In this document: positions 55,292 to 64,000 of the stretch, one piece after another
Numbering within the stretch: position 1 is the stretch's first letter
Layout of the letters: every line of letters starts with the position of its first letter
IMG/VR virus record: IMGVR_UViG_3300042319_002138
Coordinates: 162,304 to 226,303 of that record
DNA: 64,000 bases
Strand: one strand, 5' to 3'
Made by a program: the position numbers and the translations under genes
The notes under the pieces: generated by a model
Told to the model about the DNA's origin: nothing
Databases searched by the model: none
The model's input: the letters and a program-made list of their open reading frames with translations, nothing else

Positions 55292-55750
55292 ATGGTAAAG
55301 AATTTTATATATTTCATCGTTTTTGTTTTTACTTTTGTCCTTACTTCATGTAAGAAAGAACCTAATAACCACAAAATAAAGTATGAGATTGAGTTTATTG
55401 AGGGTTGTCAATCAGGTAGTTCAAATGCTATTGATGTAAACTGTACACCACATTATAATGATGTACCATCAGATTTACCTTATATTAATAAAACTCAAAT
55501 ACAACATGGGTTTATATGGAAGTATGAGTATTGGCAATTGCATGATGGTGACAAAGTATTTTTCAATGTTATGCCACAACAAGGATATCATTTTATTATG
55601 AGAGTTTATGTAGATGGTACATTGGTCTCGTATCGAGAAATATTAACAAGTTATGGTTCTTATTATGTTACCACTACTTTAGATATTTGGGGTATCAATA
55701 ACAAAGCTGATGTTGATAGTGGTGTTATAGAATTTATTTATTCAGAATAA
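55292..55750 (+). CDS. Putative lipoprotein
   Basis: Lipobox 'VLTSC' followed by KKE. Confidence 0.65.
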   Translation: MVKNFIYFIVFVFTFVLTSCKKEPNNHKIKYEIEFIEGCQSGSSNAIDVNCTPHYNDVPSDLPYINKTQIQHGFIWKYEYWQLHDGDKVFFNVMPQQGYHFIMRVYVDGTLVSYREILTSYGSYYVTTTLDIWGINNKADVDSGVIEFIYSE

Positions 55751-55840
55751 CTTTTACTGTTTTAGTATATATTTAATAATGTTGACAACGTAATTTCGCC
55801 CCTCGTTAGTTTATTTAGATGGTAAGAGGTTGTTGGTGAC

Positions 55841-55873
55841 AAAAAAGGGGACTTAATGTCCCCCTTTTTTTTT
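55841..55873. terminator. Bidirectional terminator
   Basis: AAAAAAGGGGAC-ttaat-GTCCCC-T-tract. Confidence 0.8.
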
Positions 55874-55875
55874 TA

Positions 55876-57300
55876 TTAAATTTTTGTTGATTTTTCTTTT
55901 ATAGTTTCTAAAACAGAAGTAGGTATATCTGATGTAGATTTACCAATGTAATCATCAAGGAAACCAGATTCAGTTTTAATACCATACATTGAAGTATCAG
56001 GTTGTACTTGTTTTCTTAGTTTCATCATGTTGATTGTTCTATATGATTCTGGGTCTAATGGGTCAACTTTAACTATCTTCTCAACTAAGTCTTCTGGATT
56101 AGATAAGAATACATAGAAAGAAGTTTGACCGTGTTTTGCTCTTTCTTCAGCACTCATAGACCATTTTCTAAACAATACTTTACTATCTGTATTGTTTATT
56201 TGTTTTGCGTCAACTACTTTAGATAATTCATATTTTTGGTCATCTGTCAATTCCTTATTCAAGTCATTCATAACATCAATATTATTAAGAATAGATGGAT
56301 TGAATTTAACTAAAGTCATTTTTTGTAACTCTGTTAAATGTTCTTGCATTTGTTTATAATCATTAGCGTTAACTGTACCTTTGACGTAGTTAGTGATAAA
56401 GTCCATTTTTTGTTTATCATTAAGGTCAGACGCTAAAATACTAAAAGCTTTAGAGTTAAGTCCACCTTTTTTAATAATTTTACTAATCACGTTAGTTTTT
56501 TGTTCAGGTGTAATATAATCTTTAAATTTAGCGTACTCATCAAATTTAGGGTCATCAAGGAAAGAAGCTATTTTTATAGCTAATTTTTTCTTAGTGTGTG
56601 AAGGATTAAAAGCTTCCACAACCGCCATCATATCAGGAGTCACCCAATAAGGTGCGTTACTGTGTGAATCATCTCGTGCATCCCACCAAGTTAAATCTCT
56701 ACCATTACCATCAAATCTCCATTGTAAAGCGTATTTGTAATGTGTACTATCACTATTAACTAAATTATTGTTAATAAAAAAGTAGAAATTTGAGTGTTCA
56801 CTATAGGAGTCAAAATAAGTATTTAAATTATTATCACCACTTTTACCAGCTATACACCACTTAGACCCAGCACCATATTTACATGAAGCTTCAACTGTGA
56901 ATGGTACGTAAATCACAACACCATCTTTGTCATAAATTTTTGTCGCTTCTTTAGAAATTCTTTTGTCTTTTTCATCTTTTAAAGCTTGAGCAACAACATC
57001 ATTTAATTCAGATAAAGATTTATAAGTATTAATATCTTTTTGTTTAATTCTAGGTAATAGTCTATGATAGTCCACTACAGCTTTAGCTATTTGGTCAGCC
57101 ATTGGTATACTGTCATCTTGATTTTTACCTAAAGCGGTTTTAATCATCCAGTCAAGATATTTGTTATTTCCTGATGGGTCAACCTCAACAAACATATCAA
57201 CAAGTTCGGTATGGTCTTCACCATATTTTTTAATTACATCTTCTCTTCTACCTTCTAATAATATAGTAGATTCTAAAATTTGAGATAAGTTAAATTTCAT
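55876..57300 (-). CDS. 'YGAGSKWC' family protein (PcfJ-like) with helical repeats
   Basis: 'DPSGNNKYLDW', 'ASCKYGAGSKWCI'. Confidence 0.6.
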   Translation of the reverse strand: MKFNLSQILESTILLEGRREDVIKKYGEDHTELVDMFVEVDPSGNNKYLDWMIKTALGKNQDDSIPMADQIAKAVVDYHRLLPRIKQKDINTYKSLSELNDVVAQALKDEKDKRISKEATKIYDKDGVVIYVPFTVEASCKYGAGSKWCIAGKSGDNNLNTYFDSYSEHSNFYFFINNNLVNSDSTHYKYALQWRFDGNGRDLTWWDARDDSHSNAPYWVTPDMMAVVEAFNPSHTKKKLAIKIASFLDDPKFDEYAKFKDYITPEQKTNVISKIIKKGGLNSKAFSILASDLNDKQKMDFITNYVKGTVNANDYKQMQEHLTELQKMTLVKFNPSILNNIDVMNDLNKELTDDQKYELSKVVDAKQINNTDSKVLFRKWSMSAEERAKHGQTSFYVFLSNPEDLVEKIVKVDPLDPESYRTINMMKLRKQVQPDTSMYGIKTESGFLDDYIGKSTSDIPTSVLETIKEKSTKI

Positions 57301-57301
57301 T

Positions 57302-57712
57302 TTATTTCTTTTTTTTATAAATATCACCTTTCCGCTTAAATTTCCTTAAAACTTTATGTGATTCTTCAGTTATTTTATATCCTTTCCTTATGTTATCCTC
57401 TGAAGGTATAAATCTTAGGTTAGAAATACCCCCTATTTTTTCGGGTGGGATGTTATTATTGTAACCGTAAATTATTGGTACCGTGTGGTCCAAATGATAA
57501 CAGGAAGGTCCCCTAAAACACCGTTTGTCATAGTTTATTAATTTAAAAAGTGGTTGTGATTCAGTTATAACCCATACTTTTATATAATAAAGTCTTTTTT
57601 CTAAATCTTTTATAGCATTTAATTTACGTTTTTTGAGGTGTGGGTTTTTTCTAACCAAGACTCTACATTCCTGAATTAACTCAAGGTCCTTTTTACTTTT
57701 AGGTATAGCCAT
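57302..57712 (-). CDS. HNH-like nuclease
   Basis: 'YHLDHTVPI...ISNLRFIPSEDNIRKG'. Confidence 0.6.
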   Translation of the reverse strand: MAIPKSKKDLELIQECRVLVRKNPHLKKRKLNAIKDLEKRLYYIKVWVITESQPLFKLINYDKRCFRGPSCYHLDHTVPIIYGYNNNIPPEKIGGISNLRFIPSEDNIRKGYKITEESHKVLRKFKRKGDIYKKKK

Positions 57713-57749
57713 TTACTTATTTTAATGTATACATATAATTATATAAAAA

Positions 57750-57944
57750 TTGTATATTATGAATAATGAACAAAAGGCAAAAATTTACGACCAAATACTT
57801 AGAGAACATGATGAAATGGCTAGACAAGTATCGGCTATAAAAAATAAATTTGATTTAACTAGAGAAGATGAAAAACAAATGGAATCTTTAAAAAAAGAAA
57901 TGGATTTATTACAAAGAAAAGCAATGTCTTTAGGTAGTCTTTAA
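57750..57944 (+). CDS. Small coiled-coil protein
   Basis: ORF. Confidence 0.5.
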   Translation: MYIMNNEQKAKIYDQILREHDEMARQVSAIKNKFDLTREDEKQMESLKKEMDLLQRKAMSLGSL

Positions 57945-57995
57945 TTTGATTATTTAATATTTATTCTTATATTTGTAAGAGTTCTTTGAATTATT

Positions 57996-58388
57996 GGGGG
58001 TGTTTTTGGATTTGACTGGTTAACGATTGGTAATGGGTAAGCATGTCGTGAAATAATACTATCACGTTAATACACGTATTGAAACTTCAAACGGCGACGT
58101 ATTCGCAAACGCAACTGTAGGTCACTTTGTGACTGAAGGTGCAACAGTAGCTGCCTAATCATATTAGGTGTTACTACGGGGTCGGCAGACATATAACCTA
58201 GCAACAGAAGTCGTAGTTGTGGTGGATTATCATTGAACCCAAAATCGAATGATACCCATTGTTTGTTGATTTACAATGGTAAATAATAAATCAAATATTT
58301 TGTCCATTTAGATTAAAATGGAATAAGCATGTAGAAGACGTTAGTAATGTAACGCAGGACGAGGGTTCGAAACCCTCCACCTCCACCA
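57996..58388 (+). ncRNA. ssrA: tmRNA
   Basis: GGGGGTG/CACCTCC-ACCA acceptor with G3-U70, T arm GAGGGTTCGAAACCCTC, tag ORF 58093-58158 GDVFANATVGHFVTEGATVAA*. Confidence 0.92.
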
Positions 58389-58484
58389 AAATTAATCCTC
58401 AGTAAAATGGGGGTTTTTTATTTTAAATAAATTTATTACACTTGAAAAATGATAATTAAATAATTATATTTAAATAAAAGTGGG

Positions 58485-58600
58485 ATAACTTGTGTAGGTG
58501 CCACAGAGTTCTGCAGACTCACTACACTCTAACTGTTTCCTTGTTTAGAAAAACAAGGTGGTGGAATCCGAAAGATATTATATCCATTCGGCCCTATTAA
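58485..58600 (+). ncRNA. Candidate structured RNA downstream of tmRNA
   Basis: GC-enriched non-coding block with CCTTGTTT/AAACAAGG and CCGAA/TTCGG stems, closed by a terminator. Confidence 0.4.
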
Positions 58601-58648
58601 GACTCACAGAAATGTGGGTCTTTTTTTTTGTACAGTATATTTATTAAT

Positions 58649-59824
58649 ATGAATATTAAAAAAATTATTTTAGAAGAAATTAAACGTTCACTTTTTGAGG
58701 GTATTGAACATATACAAAATCTTTATAAATCTTGGGCTAATAAGAAAAGTGGTAACCCTGAGGCTGCCATGAAAATAATGGATGATGTAATTGATAATAG
58801 AAGAAGTCTACCAAAAAAAGATTTTGCTAATTACAATTCTTATGAAGAATTATTAAAAGATTTAAATCAAATTAAAAAGGCTAAAGCCCCTGATGATGTT
58901 ACTAAGTTTTATGAAGATAAAGACTTGTTGGTAGTGGCAGCTAATACGTGGGAAGCGTCTTGTAAATATGGTGCGGGTTCTAAATGGTGTACAACTGCTA
59001 AAGATACTAGTTCATACTGGGATAGACATAATACTACTGGAACTGAATTCTTTTGGATTTTTAAAAACAAACCACAGGACGACCCAAATCATAAATTTTC
59101 TTACCATATTAAAGCAGGGGGTGGAACCGATTGGTGTAATGCAGTTAATAATTGTAAAACAAATCCTCAAATTATAATTCATCTACATCCAAAATACGAA
59201 CAAATTATTGAAAAATTAATGGAGTACCACAACTCAAGAAAAATGACGGCATCACCAGAACAAATTGGTCGTATTAATTATAACTATATTAATGATTGGT
59301 TAACTAATAATGGACATGATTTTATTACAACATTTGAGGATTTAATAAATTTTAAGAGTTTTATTGAAAGTCACTCATATTTTATAATAAATAATGAAGT
59401 TATGGATGGATTATTTGACTCACCTGGTTTTGATCTGGAAGAGTTATTACACCTCGGTATGGATAAGGAAGAGTTATATGATATGTTATTACAAGATTTG
59501 AATAATTCACCATTTAATGATTATTATATTGATAGAGATATGTTATTACGAGAATTAACCTATACGGTTAAATTAATATTAGGACAGAAGTATAATATTA
59601 ACCCAGACCTACCCATTGGGGAAGAAATAGAGAGAGTGTTTGGCAGACCTTTAGAAATCTCAGATGTTTTAACTGAAGAAATAGTTGATGAATATGAAGA
59701 AGAATTTAATGAAATATTAGATGAAGTAGTAGGGTTTGAAATGAGTAACCATTATTATAAAGAAGCAGAATTATTTATTGGAGATTATTTAGAAGAATAC
59801 AAAATAAAAAATAATCTTGATTAA
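58649..59824 (+). CDS. 'YGAGSKWC' family protein with acidic C-terminus
   Basis: 'ASCKYGAGSKWCTT'; MNIKKIILEE tag. Confidence 0.6.
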   Translation: MNIKKIILEEIKRSLFEGIEHIQNLYKSWANKKSGNPEAAMKIMDDVIDNRRSLPKKDFANYNSYEELLKDLNQIKKAKAPDDVTKFYEDKDLLVVAANTWEASCKYGAGSKWCTTAKDTSSYWDRHNTTGTEFFWIFKNKPQDDPNHKFSYHIKAGGGTDWCNAVNNCKTNPQIIIHLHPKYEQIIEKLMEYHNSRKMTASPEQIGRINYNYINDWLTNNGHDFITTFEDLINFKSFIESHSYFIINNEVMDGLFDSPGFDLEELLHLGMDKEELYDMLLQDLNNSPFNDYYIDRDMLLRELTYTVKLILGQKYNINPDLPIGEEIERVFGRPLEISDVLTEEIVDEYEEEFNEILDEVVGFEMSNHYYKEAELFIGDYLEEYKIKNNLD

Positions 59825-59849
59825 TTAAAAAAAAGATATTATATTTGTA

Positions 59850-59985
59850 CTGTTGAGTGATTAAACGGTCTCCCCAGGGTAACTAAAATGGGTTGAAGAT
59901 AGTAGTAGAATTAGTTACATCCACTTTTCACCACAAAGTAGCTACGACCCCCTTGATGATAGTACGTAATCATGGGGGTTTTTTT
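59850..59985 (+). ncRNA. Candidate small RNA
   Basis: TATATTTG promoter immediately upstream; GTAACTAA/TTAGTTAC stem; terminator hairpin; no ORF. Confidence 0.4.
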
Positions 59986-60011
59986 ATGCCTATTATATAT
60001 TTATAATAAAA

Positions 60012-60548
60012 ATGAAAAATATAATTAAAAAAATATTAAAGGAATCTGATTTAGATTGGATTAAAGATATTTCTGATGAAGTACCTTCTTGGAGTAATAG
60101 AGTTAAATTACCTATCGAAGATTTAGTGTTTGATTACATGTTAGAAAATACTAATTTATTCAACGAATTATACAGAGAAGGGTATTATTCACCAACGGAA
60201 GAGTATAAATTAAGATTTACACCTGAAGAATGGGATGACTATGGGTTTGACCAATGGGAAAGTGGTGATTGGAAAGAAAATGGTGAATGGGATAATACAC
60301 CTAACCTTACTGATTGGAGTATAATGGAACCACTTTTAAAGGATTGTTCTAAATGGGAACATATGTCACAAGAAAATGTAGATTGGGATTTAGATGCCCA
60401 ATCTTTTACAGATAGACTTATTTGGCAAAGAAAAAGTGATGGTAGATATTTTGGTGCAACTATTTATGGTACATCTTACGATGGTTGGGAAGGTAATGAC
60501 GAATTTTTGAGGGAGATATTCCAAAAGAAAGTAACAATTTTTGTATAG
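60012..60548 (+). CDS. Acidic Trp-rich protein with MKNIIKKILKESDLDWI tag
   Basis: ATATTTATA upstream. Confidence 0.65.
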   Translation: MKNIIKKILKESDLDWIKDISDEVPSWSNRVKLPIEDLVFDYMLENTNLFNELYREGYYSPTEEYKLRFTPEEWDDYGFDQWESGDWKENGEWDNTPNLTDWSIMEPLLKDCSKWEHMSQENVDWDLDAQSFTDRLIWQRKSDGRYFGATIYGTSYDGWEGNDEFLREIFQKKVTIFV

Positions 60549-60552
60549 TATT

Positions 60553-60975
60553 ATGGATAAATTTTTAAGAAAAATAATCAAAGAAGAACTTGACGATTCA
60601 ATGGATTGGATTAAACAACATGCTTTCCATTTGGATTTAATGTCACAAAATAAAAGAAAGATAGAATCATTATCAGAAGTTAAAAAAATATTATTTAATC
60701 CGGCTGTACAAACATTTAGTGAAAAGTTTAAGACTGTGGCATATTATTTAGAGGACATGAATTACATGCCTGAAAATCTTATCTTTGATGAATATCTTTC
60801 TTATATAGAAATAAAAAGACACCCACAAGGTAAAGGTCTTTTTATTAAAAAGGGTAGATATTTTGTTGGACCAACAGTAAGTGATGATGAACTTATTGAA
60901 ATGAGTAAAGAAGTAGGTTCTTTTTGGTTTGAGGAATTTGTTGGCAGTTTTTTACCAAATAGATTATATAGGTAA
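60553..60975 (+). CDS. Protein with MDKFLRKIIKEELDDSMDWI tag
   Basis: Shared N-terminal motif. Confidence 0.6.
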   Translation: MDKFLRKIIKEELDDSMDWIKQHAFHLDLMSQNKRKIESLSEVKKILFNPAVQTFSEKFKTVAYYLEDMNYMPENLIFDEYLSYIEIKRHPQGKGLFIKKGRYFVGPTVSDDELIEMSKEVGSFWFEEFVGSFLPNRLYR

Positions 60976-61278
60976 TTTATTTTCACGAATCATTTTTTGA
61001 ATGTAAGTTTTTAAATTACCGACTATTTCTTTGTAGTTAACTTCAGGAAATTCATTAGGGTATCTCTCGTTTAACGTTTCTTGTTCCCTTATATCATTAC
61101 AACTATTATAGATATCACGAATCATTTCTAGATAAATTAATTCTTTATCATATACGTCTTCAACTTTTCTTTCCAATACTTGTCCTTCAAGTTCTTGACA
61201 ATACTCAATTAGTTCTTCAACAGGCCCAAAACCCGTTAGATGTTCATTACCTTTGAATATTTGTCTTATATTTTTCAT
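60964..61278 (-). CDS. Hypothetical protein
   Basis: ORF. Confidence 0.6.
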   Translation of the reverse strand: MKNIRQIFKGNEHLTGFGPVEELIEYCQELEGQVLERKVEDVYDKELIYLEMIRDIYNSCNDIREQETLNERYPNEFPEVNYKEIVGNLKTYIQKMIRENKLPI

Positions 61279-61357
61279 CCTAAATAATTTTTATTGATTT
61301 TATACTACAAATATACAAAAATTTATTATATTTGTAAGAACAATAAAAACAAAAGAT

Positions 61358-61834
61358 ATGGACTTCGTAAAAATACCTACAACATCAAAACCAACATTTC
61401 AATTTGTACCTGAAGCACAACTACGTGGACAACAACTACGTGATTTTGTTTTCGCTGGTAACGCCCTATTCACTATCTTAAATAAAGACAGTGGTAACTA
61501 CTTTACTTACAAGGTTAAAAAACATAAGGAGGATGATGTTTGGTTTGTACAGGTACTTAGTGGTCATGATTATGTTTTTATTGGGACTTGTTTTGAGGAC
61601 AAAAAATTTAAGTACAGTGAAAAATCTGTATTAGGTTTGGACAATCAAAAAGTTAAAACATTTGATTGGTTCTTGGAAAAATTCTTTAATGACCAAAACA
61701 AATTTTCACAAGTAGAGGTTTATCATCATGGTCGTTGTGGGCATTGTTATAAAACCTTGACAACACCTGAGTCAATCAAGACAGGTATTGGACCTGTATG
61801 TAGTGGTAAAAAGTATAAGAAAGTGACTAGATAG
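61358..61834 (+). CDS. DUF6011-like protein
   Basis: 'GRCGHCYKTLTTPESIKTGIGPVC'. Confidence 0.75.
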   Translation: MDFVKIPTTSKPTFQFVPEAQLRGQQLRDFVFAGNALFTILNKDSGNYFTYKVKKHKEDDVWFVQVLSGHDYVFIGTCFEDKKFKYSEKSVLGLDNQKVKTFDWFLEKFFNDQNKFSQVEVYHHGRCGHCYKTLTTPESIKTGIGPVCSGKKYKKVTR

Positions 61835-61899
61835 TCACTTTTTTTGTTTATTTAAAAAATTATACCTATATTTGTACCGTAATTTAAAAATAAAAGGTC

Positions 61900-62727
61900 A
61901 TGTCTAGGAAATTAGAAGAATTAAAAACTAAATACGGTGTATCTGAAAGGTCTGTTGCGTTAATTGGTAGAATGGACCCAACCACTAACCAAAAATATAT
62001 TGAATGGTTATTCAAAGTTAGATATATTAGTCTTACTAATGGTAAGTATAGACTTAACCCTGATTTTCCAGCATCATTGGAAAACCCTGTTAAAGAATCT
62101 TTAATTTGGTTTGAAAGAAACTTAAATGGCAAAATCCCAACTGATTTTAGAGATATAAACAAATTTAAAACTGTCAATGAATTTCTTTTAAAGGTACAAG
62201 AATTAAATATACCTTCTAGGTCTGAGGTTAAGAATGATGTAAGAGTTGTTTTTGAAGATGATAATTGGAAAATTCTTGTTCCACTTAGTTTCGATTCTTC
62301 TAAACTATATGGTATGGGTACTAAGTGGTGTACAACTCAAAAAGGTTATTACGATAGCTATATGAGGGAAGGTTTCTTATACTACATCATAGATAAAAGA
62401 ATTAATAGAAAGTTTGGAGTTCCTATTAATAGCAATAAAGGTTTAACTGTTAATGTTAATAGTTTTACATTTTATAACAATGAAGATGCTGGTTTAAATC
62501 TAGGTCAAATTAAACTTATCTATGGTGACAATTTTAACTTTGCCGCAGAAAAAGTTAAAGACGACTTTGTTCAACAACTTAAGTTGAAGTTAAAAACAAG
62601 ATTCATGACAGAATCAAAAGTATCTGTACAACGTGCAGTAGAAACTTTAAGGTCTGTAGACTTAACTAACGATGAGGTTAATGAAGTATTAACCTCTGTA
62701 TTAAAAACAATGGGTGTTATCAAATAA
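61900..62727 (+). CDS. Third 'YGxGxKWC' family protein
   Basis: 'DPTTNQKYIEW', 'SKLYGMGTKWCTT'; TATATTTG promoter. Confidence 0.6.
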   Translation: MSRKLEELKTKYGVSERSVALIGRMDPTTNQKYIEWLFKVRYISLTNGKYRLNPDFPASLENPVKESLIWFERNLNGKIPTDFRDINKFKTVNEFLLKVQELNIPSRSEVKNDVRVVFEDDNWKILVPLSFDSSKLYGMGTKWCTTQKGYYDSYMREGFLYYIIDKRINRKFGVPINSNKGLTVNVNSFTFYNNEDAGLNLGQIKLIYGDNFNFAAEKVKDDFVQQLKLKLKTRFMTESKVSVQRAVETLRSVDLTNDEVNEVLTSVLKTMGVIK

Positions 62728-62757
62728 AAAAAAGGTGGGATATCCCACCTTTTTTTT
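62726..62757. terminator. Bidirectional terminator
   Basis: AAAAAAAGGTGGGA-TA-TCCCACCTTTTTTT. Confidence 0.85.
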
Positions 62758-63835
62758 ATCTATAAATCTTCTTATTTGTTCCATCAGAGTACACCTCAAA
62801 AAAGAACCCTCGGTAATCTTTATCTACCACTTGACCTAACAAATTAACGTATTTAATAACCACTTTCTTTGTTGTTCTGTTATCGATTGATATTGGTCCA
62901 TATATTTTATATTCACCATTAAAATCTACTTGGGTGATTCTATAGTAATTTATTGTTTCTCTAAAATTGTTATCTAAAAAACTATACTCCATTACTTGGT
63001 TACTATTACCAGCTGCGGTTTTATTACCTATAACCGTACTTTCATTAAACTCACCTGTGGTAGAACATTCAATTAAATAATAATCTGAATTATGTTCGGA
63101 AGCGGTTTTCCATACTAGTAGGTTACCCTCCTCATGGTTTGTACCTTCAAAAGAAATCATTTCTACTGGTAGTGGGAATATTTCTATCAATTCAATATTA
63201 TCAATCCACCATTCCTCACCAGCTGAATTTACTCTACAAAAAATATCGATTGCTATTTGAGAAATTCCAGATGGGAGATTCAAAGTAACCGTAGACGGTC
63301 CCGTTGTAGTTGAACCTGCAGGAGCTTGATATATGTCACCTGTTGGAGCCAAAGAATTTGTATATGAACCATTTGCATTATGACTGATTACACCTGTTGC
63401 AGTGTATGGCCAAATTGCATTTGCATTTCCTGTAATTCTAAGCTCAGAAACATATGCGCCTCCATTTCTTGAAACTTGAACTTCAACTAAATCTGTAGCA
63501 TCCAATCCACGTGTTAATGCCGTTGGACCTGTAAATGTTTGTGACGCTAAACGGAATTTTAATTGGTATGGATGTGATGTATTTAACCCTGTAATATTTG
63601 GTAATACATACCAAGCTTGTTCAACTCCAGAAGTTCCACTTCCAGCTCCATATATTACAGCACTCTGAGTAGGAGAAACTGATATATTTGTTGCCCACGT
63701 TGCTGTTGGTGCTCCAAACCAACCAGAAGTTGCGTAACCTGTTGACCATGTTTCCATGTAGTCATATTGAATAACAGTTTGACCATATGACAATGTACTT
63801 AATAATAAAAATAACGATAATAATAATTTTTTCAT
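62756..63835 (-). CDS. Secreted protein with Bacteroidota T9SS-like C-terminal region
   Basis: Signal peptide ending YGQ; 'PLPVEMISFEG...W.TASE.N..Y...YYRI.QVDFNG' and 'VNLLGQ...EVYSDGT'. Confidence 0.75.
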   Translation of the reverse strand: MKKLLLSLFLLLSTLSYGQTVIQYDYMETWSTGYATSGWFGAPTATWATNISVSPTQSAVIYGAGSGTSGVEQAWYVLPNITGLNTSHPYQLKFRLASQTFTGPTALTRGLDATDLVEVQVSRNGGAYVSELRITGNANAIWPYTATGVISHNANGSYTNSLAPTGDIYQAPAGSTTTGPSTVTLNLPSGISQIAIDIFCRVNSAGEEWWIDNIELIEIFPLPVEMISFEGTNHEEGNLLVWKTASEHNSDYYLIECSTTGEFNESTVIGNKTAAGNSNQVMEYSFLDNNFRETINYYRITQVDFNGEYKIYGPISIDNRTTKKVVIKYVNLLGQVVDKDYRGFFFEVYSDGTNKKIYR

Positions 63836-64000
63836 AATGTATTTATTTATAATTATCTTAATATAAGAATTGCGTTTATTATTGTACATAAATTTTTAAT
63901 AAAAAATAAATGATGAATGCTTTTTTAATTAGAAATAAGTTATTATATTTGTATCATTAATCATTTAAAAAACAAAAAACATTATGGCAAAATCAGGAGG

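Noticed and set aside
58485-58600. SAM-I riboswitch
   Set aside because: GGTGCC and GAAAGAT words are present, but the order and pairings do not fit, and no regulated gene follows before the terminator
2598-62177. Numerous antisense or alternate-frame ORFs inside long genes (for example 2598, 3039, 4409, 6850, 7366, 14063, 15623, 32274, 60390, 61884)
   Set aside because: Fully nested in better-supported genes, no promoter motif, and composition typical of AT-rich antisense frames
1-64000. CRISPR array
   Set aside because: No run of equal-length direct repeats with unique spacers and no cas-like ORF seen
1-64000. Stop-codon reassignment as in some jumbo phages
   Set aside because: Recognisable genes are full length under code 11, TAG and TGA end real genes, and no suppressor anticodon was found

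Overview
AT-rich, gene-dense segment of a T4-related jumbo/mega-phage genome. It carries gp23 capsid-like fragments, a gp19 tail-tube-like gene, tail-fibre and lysis genes. The host is almost certainly Bacteroidota, judged from TAnnTTTG host-sigma promoters, type IX secretion sorting domains, signal peptides ending in Gln and a tmRNA tag starting with Gly. The window holds about 27 tRNAs covering all 20 amino acids, a tmRNA, at least 5 tRNA-like RNAs with replaced anticodon arms, many other structured small RNAs, a Ro/TROVE-like vWA gene followed by two look-alike ncRNAs, an RNA-repair cluster, tandem Mom-like DNA-modification genes, a two-kinase/one-receiver two-component island, and a large family of genes sharing a second promoter motif (ATATTTATA) and an N-terminal 'MKxLIKKILKE' tag. 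Best finding: each of the three main tRNA clusters is preceded by a promoter, a short leader ORF, an antiterminator and an intrinsic terminator. The codons of each leader match the anticodons of its own downstream cluster down to the isoacceptor, which suggests translation-coupled attenuators that switch on phage tRNA operons when the matching host tRNAs run short. All calls come from reading motifs by eye; no searches or folding programs were run. The supplied ORF track mislabels 51142..51795, which lies on the minus strand.
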